A stretch of DNA of 63,729 nt, counting the filler, from Aduncisulcus paluster (Eukaryota), in the NCBI GenBank assembly GCA_024181965.1. It is 5 parts of 5 records of this genome, joined end to end, with 100 filler letters (N's around TTAATTAATTAA, not from the genome) between each part and the next. Parts side by side here need not be neighbours in the genome. Positions count along the whole stretch, not along the records: positions 30,812 to 59,980 come from BQXS01010934.1; positions 60,081 to 63,729 come from BQXS01011126.1; 3 more parts are not named here. One strand, 5' to 3'. The position numbers were made by a program, and so were the translations under genes. Positions 55,501 through 63,729 of this stretch are shown in pieces. The notes under the pieces were generated by a model that searched no databases, was not told the DNA's origin, and worked only from the letters and a program-made list of their open reading frames with translations. Every line of letters begins with the position of its first letter. The stretch's first letter is position 1.

Positions 55501-58500
55501 TCTCCAATATTCATTGCCAATTTCAAAGAGTGTTCCGGCTTGTCTTGTGAACATGGTGTCTGTGCCAGTGATGGAGCAAGTTGTTCCTGCTCTGATCATC
55601 ATTCAATCGACATGACAACTCAGCAATGTTCAGACTTTGTTCCATTTGTTGATTTTTTCATTGTCAATGACCACCAAATCATGTCATTCAGAACTCTTCA
55701 GGAATACACCGAACTCCTCGTTGAACATGGTGCTTCCTTGGACATCACCTCAACTTTCCCCAGTGGTTATGCCGTCTTTATCCGTGCCATGGATGGAGTT
55801 AGCGTACGCCTTGCGCATGATTCTGATGTGAGTGATTCATATTTACAAGGATTGCTTGATACTGAACAGTCTGTGTTAACTGCAAACACAATGATGACTG
55901 ACATTAAGATTGGAATCTATGAGAATCCGACTGATTTGTTCTTTGTGCGGTACTATTCGTCCTTTAACGATGGTTTGGCCACCCTTATGGATATTCCTAT
56001 AACTTCCTTCGTTGACCTTGATTCGAGCGATTTCTCCTCCTCAGTGACTACTATGACATGTTCTTTCGTAGATGATGACGAGCTTTGCTCCTTTTCTCTC
56101 AATGTGCCCATTCAAATCCCTTCTGACGATGATTCTCTCGTTCGCAAGACTAGAGCTCTTTCCATTGCTCCACACATTACATATTTAGAGGTGAGTTCCG
56201 TCCTCGGATCTGTGGAACTTGGGTTTGACTTTTATGACGATGATGATGTTCTCATTCACTCTTTCCTTTTGGATGGACTGATGGATCTTGAGGACTACGA
56301 AGAGATCGACCAGTTCTACCTCTTGCAAAACAAGACACCAAACCAACTCGGGCTGAGCGACTATGCTGATTTGTTTGGAGGTGGGGATTATATGGATATT
56401 CCAGGACATTGGGGATTCCTAGGATCTGTGTCTGACGATGATTCAACTCTGAGAGATGATTTGATGATTATCTATGTATCAGTGTTCGGAAAACACCTTA
56501 TGTTCGTTTCTCTAAATAATATCGATGATTCTGTTGCTTGCATAAAAATGCAACCTAATATTCGGAGTCCTACCATTCTTGATACTGATATCCACAACAT
56601 GAGCGACATTGGTATCATCGGAAGTGATGGAAATGGACTAGCAAAGCCCGTTGCTTACAAGTTTGAACCGAAACTAAGCACGTCCAATCCTGCCACATTG
56701 GGTTTGATTGAGCCTAAGCATTTTTGTGACCATGGGACTGAGTCCTCTGATTTCACTGAAGACTCTGATCTTTCCGAGATGTGTAGTTGTTATCCGTCCT
56801 ATTCTGGATACTCTTGCCATCAACCAAACTGCACGCTCCCCTCGAATCTTTTCCAATGCATCTCGTTTGGTGGTGAATATATTCCATATTGTGATGAGTA
56901 TCTAAATATGTTCCAGCCAGAGGATGAGACAACGATTATTGATGGCTCTGATGGTCCTTACTGCGGTGCCAGGATAAGGTCTGATGTTGCTCTGTCAATT
57001 CGAGGTGGAGACCTTTCTGAGGGTCCTATCTATGTTCACCCATCAACAACTGTGTCCCTCATCGGTCTTGACCACACCGATGTCACCCCTGACACATATC
57101 CTGACACTGTCCAAATCATTGATTTCAAGCCAATATACCCCTATGACGATGGAATCCTCTCTCAGACACTGACATTGATCACATATCCAGATGGTGGATA
57201 TGAATTAACATCTGATTCTTTTACTGATTCCCTTGATCTTCCTGATGAAATTGATGGGAATATACTGGAACCTGGAGAAACACTGGACATTCCAATCCCT
57301 TTGCCTTTTTATGATAACATTGTAAGACATATTCAGGTCGTAGAAGAGACGTATGACATATGTTTTGTCAACTTTTGGGATGATATTGAAATCAGCGATG
57401 CTGAATGTGATTATGGGATAACTGGAATCCTCGGCAATGAAGATCTTACTGGAAGAACTGTTGTTATTCGTTATTCCATGGATATGGGCACTGTTCAGTC
57501 ACTATTACTGTTCTTCTATATCACTGATAATACTACATCTGACGTTGTCATGATAGCTAAGCTTAGGATCTGCATGTATGGGCTTATCGAGATCACTTAT
57601 GATAGTGGGAGGTCATCAACCACCGAATCTGTGGTATCTGTTGAGTTCTTGGAGGAACCGATTGCTTCTTCAGATTCTACACTCCATACTGGAACATCTA
57701 TTCGCTTTGATCCTATTCTCGCTGATGATTTCCCTGTCAACAAGATATCATTGGAATGCGTGCATGGAGAGATCTATGAGTATGATGGATCTGCCTCCTG
57801 TGTTTGTGAGGAAAGATGGCGAGGGGATGCATGTGATATATGTACGTTGGCCTATTGGGGTGATGAGCTTGCGGGGTGCATGACTCCCAATTGCAGAGAT
57901 AGATGCAATGATTCCCATTGTATTGCAGTCACTCATGATGCTGCAGTGTGTGGATGTGTTGATGGAAATGATACATGGGACGATCTGACTGTGCCTGCCA
58001 GTCTGTCTCGAACAATCTACTCTTCCACAACGGCATCCGAGGATGAACTGGCATATACAACGTTCATGTTGCCTAAGAATGTATGTGCCGTAGAAGTTGA
58101 GCCTAATGGAACCGGGATCATGGTTGATGTGACCTCTTTATCGGCTATTCTCTCTCCCGCTGCCTCCTTGAGCCTTAGTGGAACTGTATTCAAGGTGTTT
58201 GATCAGACATATTACACATCTGAGCTCTTGAAGAATTCCACTGAGCGTAGTGCCCTCTCTGCTGCTTACAATGCCGATATTTGGTGGGTCAATCAAGGTG
58301 CAGACGGATTGATTAACACTCACTCAACATGCCTGATATCCCATCCCGGTGGATACAATGCCGTTGATGCTGGTTTGGGTCTTAATCGGGGAAGGTCTCT
58401 CGAGTGGACTTGTGAGGATAGCTATTCTGATCGTTTTGTGGATACAGAGTCCATTCCCATTCGAAATGCCAATGTGTCCTCCTTCTTGTCAGAATTAGAT

Positions 58501-59980
58501 TCTTTCTCAAGCAACGAATGTGGCGAGGGTCAAACATCGTGTATCCTTGATCTCCCTGTGTGGGCCGTTCCCTTGTATGGGCATGTGATCTACTCTATAC
58601 AGATATACGTTGGATCCATCATTCTTCTCAACAGTGACGGTGAGGAAGTGGGGAATCTCGTTCCGATTAATGAAGAAGTTTCCTCAGACTTTACTGTTTT
58701 CTTCGATGACAAGGACACTGATGATGAGTGCAGTTGCTGTGGACATCGAATTGTGATTGAAACCTCCGTTGATACCCTTTCTTTCTCTGTCAATGTACAG
58801 GTGTCTTTCTACCGTGACGGAAGAATTAGTTTGGACTATGATCTTGCTGAGGTCGTTGATATTGATGGAAAGGTCCGGCCAGCGCTTGAAGTTACCGGTA
58901 GAGCCACTCCTGACTTCCCTCTGCCCACCTATGAGGAACTCATGGATTATGCCTCTAATAGTGGGTGTGATACTTGGGATGAAGAGAACGATGATCCTCC
59001 AGGTGTTCAGTTCTCCACGTCTCTCTCCACAAGCCAACAGTCGTCCACTCTGTCAATTCGAGCTGAGATATGCGAGCCTCCATGTGCTTTTGGTACTTGC
59101 GATGAAGATAGCGATGGCTCTGATAAATGTAGTTGCAGTGTTCGATTCACGGGAGATCTGTGTGACACGTGTATCGGTGGATGGGAGACCAGTGGCGATG
59201 ATTCGGATACCTTCTGTGACTCTGCAACCTGCTCTTTCTTCAGCGAGTGTAGTTCACATGGTGTATGCTCTGGTGAACTTTTGACCGGTGTTCAGCAATG
59301 CGAATGTGATGATGGATACGTTGGCGATGACTGTGCAACTGCCACACCAACGGTTGAGTGTGACCCTGAATGTGAGAATGGAGGAATTTGTTTCGCTGGG
59401 GTGTGCTTCTGTCCTGATGGATTCACTGGCGATGAGTGTGAAGACTTGTCTTGTGACGATGGTTGCTCTGAAGACATCAGTGGAGGAGAGTGTGATGGTT
59501 CCACTGGGCTATGTGTCTGTAATGAAGACTTCAGTGGAGATGATTGTTCCGTCTACACGCCCGATGGATCATGCAAGTATGGTGTCTCCAATGGGTCAGG
59601 ATGCACGTGTCAGCTTGGATACAGTGGAGACTTCTGTCAATGTAAGTCTAATTGCTCTTCCCATGGGTTATGTCGTGTATGGGGATGTGAGTGTGATGAT
59701 GGATATAGCGGTGATGATTGCTCTGAAGAAGCTGTTCCTCTGTTATCGGATAAGATCAGCGTTGACTTTGACGAAGGTTCCATCACTATATACTTCGATA
59801 CTCCTGTGACTCTCTCTGGGGTTTCTAACGATGTTCGTACGATCGACTGCAGTGACGTGGTCGAGCCTGAATTCTATGGAACATGTACTGACTCTGAAGG
59901 GAACGATAGTTATCGAGTTATCAATGACCTATCGATGTGTAAGAAGAGCAAGGATGGGACTAGTTTGACGATATTCCCTG
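52591..59980 (+). CDS. Giant secreted/surface protein with interspersed and terminal EGF/tenascin-like repeats; 3'-truncated
   Basis: Signal peptide MKNNLKILFYSLFALFCCVFS; EGF motifs CSSHGVC...CECDDGYVGDDC and CENGGIC...CFCPDGFTGDEC; acidic beta-rich domains between them. Confidence 0.9.
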
Positions 59981-60080
59981 NNNNNNNNNNNNNNNNNNNN
60001 NNNNNNNNNNNNNNNNNNNNNNNNTTAATTAATTAANNNNNNNNNNNNNNNNNNNNNNNNNNNNNNNNNNNNNNNNNNNN
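59981..60080. other. Artificial contig linker
   Basis: N44-TTAATTAATTAA-N44. Confidence 0.98.
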
Positions 60081-60812
60081 GTAGTGTTTTGACTGAAGAT
60101 ATGGGTCCCATTCCAAAGATAAGCAGAACAGAAATGAATATTAATAAATTTCATTCGGATTTGATTGGAATGCTATAAGACAGGGCGTCGAAGTCAAGAG
60201 CAGTGAACTAGTACAAATCTCAGTGTTAAATGTATCGAATAATCAAAATCTGGCAGTGGAGTTGGAGTTGGGGTTGGAGTTGGATTTGACTGCGGGGAAA
60301 TGTCATGTTCCATGAAGCATCAGGGGATTAGATTCGTAGCAGTATACAGACATATGTATAGCATCGTATTCCGAGTTCTTGATATTTTTGATTGTAAGCA
60401 AAAGCAAGTGAAAATGAACAGAAAGGCAAGGATAAGGATAGAAATGAAATAAAAACACAAATTTATTATTAAATAACATTGAAATCATTCATAAGTGTTT
60501 TTAATCCTGAATTAGACCGACATAGAGTACCTGAGGAGTTCCAGAGTGCGCCGCACTCTGATGCGGCGCATTAATTGTTTTAATCTAGTGCTCTTTTGAT
60601 TACAGATCTAATATTTTGTCGAGTATTTCCTCTGAGCTAGTGTAAATAGTATTAATATTTTCCATTGTATGTTCATTTTATCCGATTCTACTGCTGTATC
60701 AGAAGCCAGTAGTTTACCGGCGTTTTTTTCTTGTTGGTGTTGTTTTTATTATTAATTTTATTATCATTGTCATTTTACGAATAGATTATTCTGCAAAATC
60801 GAAAAATTTCAA

Positions 60813-63729
60813 ATGGGTAAATCGAAGCGAATTAAATTCATGAAACCTGTATTAATATCAAAAGCTCCAAGGAGTTCATGCCCAATTCCTCGAGATACTT
60901 CCAATATTAAGAATCCAGAGTTTTCTCTTATCGAAGCAAGAAATGAAACCAGGAAAAAACAAGACAAGGAAAGGTATCAGAGTAACCACGCACAAGAAAT
61001 GGTAAAAGGAAATCGTCATTTCGGAGACTTTACCCATATTTCCATTCCTTTCTCATCTTCCCCGATGAAAGGTGCTTATATCTGTCTAGATGGTCGTTTT
61101 TCATCACCACCTCATCTCATCTTCACTTTAACCTCTTCAAAGGCTGAGAAAGCAGTCAAGAAATACAAATTTCCTGAATTTGATGATGGTCATCGTTGGT
61201 ATTTTCTTCCTGTTGATCTCCCCGATGTTGTTCTGTGTGAGATTACAGGGAAAGGAAGAGAGAAAGAGTATTTTAGAATCAAATCCCTTGTTTTCATTAG
61301 TAGAGAAGAAACTCCTGAAGAAATCAAATCTCGTGAAGCTAGAGAGAAACTATGGTCTGAAGCTCCAGTTGTGAAACCAGAGTTTGTTAAGGAAGGAGAT
61401 AAAGAATCTAAAGGTAGAGATTCTATTCCCATTCCACGAGATGATCCAAAGCTTGTAGATCCTTCATTCTCAATGGTTAAGTGCAAGAATGATTCGTATT
61501 GTAAGGAATCTGAGTGGTATGATAAGAGTTCAGATGCACAAAGAATGTTAAAAGGGGAAGACGGTGTTTGCTTATCCCATCTTTCCATCCCTTTCTCATC
61601 ACCTAGTCCAATGAAAGGTACTTATATCTGTGTGGATAAGTTTAATAGTTCACCCTCTCTTCTCTTCACTTTCACTGATTGTGATGGTAAGAAGACATCC
61701 AAGAAGTATGAATTCACAAGATCTAAACATTTATATGAATGGCACTTCCTTCCTATTGATTTGCATAATGTTGTATTGTGTGAGATTGAAGGGAAAGGAA
61801 AGTGGAAAGAGAAGAATAGTCGATGTTGCTGGATCTACTCCCTTGTTTTCCTTCGAGGTGATGATATTCCCACCTCTCCTTCTCTTCTTCCTCCTATTCC
61901 TGTTCCTTCCAGTTCCTCCAAGACACCCACATCAACTTTGTCTTTGCCATCAAAACGTGTTAAGGAACCTGTGAAAGAAGCTGTGAAAGAAGAAGATGAA
62001 GAAGAAGAAGTTGTTATTAAAGGAAACGATAAGGATCCAAGACCAAAAGATACCAAACCGAAAAAACGTAAGGATAAAAAGAAACATAACCCCAAGGATG
62101 TGACGTCCAAGGATGTGAAGCCCAAGTATACACCTACCAAATATGTTCAACTTGTAAAGCCTGAATTTATTCACGAAGGAGTTGGGTCTTGCTGTCCAAT
62201 TCCAAGAGATGCGTCTAACATTAAGAGTGCAGCAGTTCCAACTATCAGAGCAATTGATGGAACCAAGAAAAAAGACGATGAAGAGTACGATCAGAGTTCT
62301 GATGCACAAAAGATGATGAAAGGAGAGGGTAATACGGGACATTTTACCCACATCTCCATTCCTTTCTCTTCATCTTCCCCAATGAAAGGTGCTTATATCT
62401 GTCTACGCGATTATTATCCTGCTGACTCACCTCCAACACATCTTATCTTCACTCTCACATCTTCAAAGGGCGAGAAAACATCCAAGAAATACGAATTTCA
62501 TGAATTTAAAGGTGAACATTGGTATTTCCTTCCTGTTGATCTCCCTGATGTTGTTCTGTGTGAGATTACAGGGAAAGGAAAAGAGAAAGAGTATTTTGGA
62601 ATCGTATCTCTTGTTTTCATTAGAAAAGAAACTCCTGAAGAAATCACATCTCGTGAAGCCAGAGAGAAACTATGGTCTGAAGCTCCAGTTGTGAAACCAG
62701 ACTTTGTTAAGGAAGGAGATTATGATTCTTTTGGTAGAGATTCTATTCCCATTCCACGTGATGATCCAAAGCTTGTAGATCCTTCATTCTCAATGGTTAA
62801 GTGCAATAGAGATTCGGTGAGTAAGGAATCTGAGGAGTATGATCAGAGTTTAAATGCACAAAAAATGTTAAAAGGGGAAGGCGGTGTTGAATTATCCCAT
62901 CTTTCCATCCCTTTTCCATCACCTAGTCCAATGAAAGGTGCCTATATCTGTGTGGATGATGATTATAGTTCACCCTCTCTTCTCTTCACTTTCACTGATT
63001 GTGATGGTAAGAAGACCCTCAAGAAGTATGAATTCACAAGACCTGAACATGGATATGAATGGCACTTCCTTCCTATTGATTTGCATAATGTTGTATTGTG
63101 TGAGATTGAAGGGAAAGGAACGTGGATAAGGAAGAATAGTCGAAATTTCAGGATCAACTCCCTTGTTTTCCTTCGAGGTGATGATATTCCCACCTCTCCT
63201 CATCCTCTTCTTCCTCCTGTTCCTGTTCCTTCCAGTTCCTCCAAGACACCCACATCAACTTTGTCTTTGGCTTCAAAACCTGTGAAAGAAGTTGTTATTA
63301 AAGGAAATGATAAGGATCCAAGACCAAAAGACACCAAACCGAAGAAACATAAGGATAAAAAGAAACATAACCCCAAGGATGGCAAGCCCAAGTATAACCC
63401 CAAGCACGACTCGCTAACCCTGACATCTGCATCCACGCTGACTTCACAGTGCATCATTGGCAGTGGTGGGTTCGGAGAGGTTCTTCTTGTTCTTATTGAT
63501 GGCATTCCTTTCCCATGTGTTCTGAAGAAGATGCTTCGGATTGCGGACAAAACTGTTGTGAAAGGGTGTCGGAAGGAGTTTAAAGTGCAACTCAAGTTGT
63601 TTACGAATCCCAAATGTTTCAACCGTATCCCACGTCCTCTGTATATCCTTGACCTGCTTGATTGCGAGATGAAAGGTGTGTATGGCTTCCTGATGGAGTT
63701 CTGTGTTGGAGGCAGTGTGAGTGCGTTTG
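60813..63729 (+). CDS. Protein kinase with four tandem N-terminal beta-rich domains (A-B-linker-A-B-linker-kinase); runs off the window end; not in the ORF track
   Basis: Manual translation from ATG 60813 (MGKSKRIKFMKP...) stays open to the window end; kinase N-lobe IIGSGGFGEVLLV (Gly loop at 63459), CVLKKM, KEFKVQ and LMEFCVGGS. Confidence 0.9.
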   Translation, partial: MGKSKRIKFMKPVLISKAPRSSCPIPRDTSNIKNPEFSLIEARNETRKKQDKERYQSNHAQEMVKGNRHFGDFTHISIPFSSSPMKGAYICLDGRFSSPPHLIFTLTSSKAEKAVKKYKFPEFDDGHRWYFLPVDLPDVVLCEITGKGREKEYFRIKSLVFISREETPEEIKSREAREKLWSEAPVVKPEFVKEGDKESKGRDSIPIPRDDPKLVDPSFSMVKCKNDSYCKESEWYDKSSDAQRMLKGEDGVCLSHLSIPFSSPSPMKGTYICVDKFNSSPSLLFTFTDCDGKKTSKKYEFTRSKHLYEWHFLPIDLHNVVLCEIEGKGKWKEKNSRCCWIYSLVFLRGDDIPTSPSLLPPIPVPSSSSKTPTSTLSLPSKRVKEPVKEAVKEEDEEEEVVIKGNDKDPRPKDTKPKKRKDKKKHNPKDVTSKDVKPKYTPTKYVQLVKPEFIHEGVGSCCPIPRDASNIKSAAVPTIRAIDGTKKKDDEEYDQSSDAQKMMKGEGNTGHFTHISIPFSSSSPMKGAYICLRDYYPADSPPTHLIFTLTSSKGEKTSKKYEFHEFKGEHWYFLPVDLPDVVLCEITGKGKEKEYFGIVSLVFIRKETPEEITSREAREKLWSEAPVVKPDFVKEGDYDSFGRDSIPIPRDDPKLVDPSFSMVKCNRDSVSKESEEYDQSLNAQKMLKGEGGVELSHLSIPFPSPSPMKGAYICVDDDYSSPSLLFTFTDCDGKKTLKKYEFTRPEHGYEWHFLPIDLHNVVLCEIEGKGTWIRKNSRNFRINSLVFLRGDDIPTSPHPLLPPVPVPSSSSKTPTSTLSLASKPVKEVVIKGNDKDPRPKDTKPKKHKDKKKHNPKDGKPKYNPKHDSLTLTSASTLTSQCIIGSGGFGEVLLVLIDGIPFPCVLKKMLRIADKTVVKGCRKEFKVQLKLFTNPKCFNRIPRPLYILDLLDCEMKGVYGFLMEFCVGGSVSAF
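60830..63400 (+). repeat. Two-copy ~1.32-kb intragenic repeat (A-B unit plus Pro/Lys-rich linker)
   Basis: 61381-61880 aligns without gaps to 62701-63200 (offset 1320); the A domains and linkers align with small indels. Confidence 0.95.

Noticed and set aside
60081-60500. Minus-strand gene start at the edge of contig 5
   Set aside because: All frames I read hit stops; the PTPTPT-like stretch is a short GGAGTT repeat.
61381-63200. Diversity-generating retroelement (TR/VR pair)
   Set aside because: Both copies are in-frame coding; neither has A at all variable sites (T/G and C/T differences occur); no reverse transcriptase in the window. A remote template cannot be excluded without a genome search.
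187-63622. Numerous 60-230 aa ORFs overlapping or antisense to the long genes
   Set aside because: Shadow ORFs of low-complexity coding sequence with no independent motifs.
11764-63729. A linked 'plant-like immunity locus' (LRR + WRKY + kinase)
   Set aside because: The three genes lie on different contigs joined by artificial linkers, so co-location is not biological.
1-63729. Non-standard genetic code (TAA/TAG = Gln, as in hexamitid diplomonads)
   Set aside because: Multi-kb ORFs contain no TAA/TAG, and conserved genes end in TAA (IFT56, NVL) or TAG (MORN) at plausible positions.
1-63729. CRISPR arrays, rRNA genes, transposases
   Set aside because: None seen; all repeats are coding repeats, micro/minisatellites or assembly overlaps.

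Overview
Eukaryotic (protist) genomic DNA, gene-dense and intron-poor, standard genetic code. The window is five unrelated contigs joined by artificial 100-nt linkers (N44-TTAATTAATTAA-N44): 1-9860, 9961-20208, 20309-30711, 30812-59980 and 60081-63729. Adjacency across linkers means nothing. Five 20-N gaps are each flanked by 260-340 bp overlap duplications that split real genes. Flagellar genes, a two-domain WRKY factor, rare GTATGT introns and giant LRR/EGF surface proteins suggest a flagellated metamonad, possibly a free-living fornicate (inference, not database-checked). Recognisable genes: IFT56/TTC26, a TTLL4/5-type glutamylase, a CAMSAP-type CKK protein, a MORN protein, Fuzzy, a stand-alone EB1-C-like protein, PA28, NVL/Rix7, WRKY, and ADA2-like, UBA+PAM2, RRM and WDR7-like proteins. 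Highlights: (1) a cytosolic kinase absent from the ORF track (60813 to window end) with four tandem domains whose copies differ almost only at non-synonymous, loop-clustered codons, a candidate hypervariable receptor kinase; (2) a giant LRR protein made of near-identical, mosaic Cys-rich cassettes alternating with divergent LRR blocks; (3) an unannotated divergent U6 snRNA gene with an apparent TATA / internal A-box / downstream B-box promoter, the B-box lying in a tRNA-like relic; (4) three spliceosomal introns.
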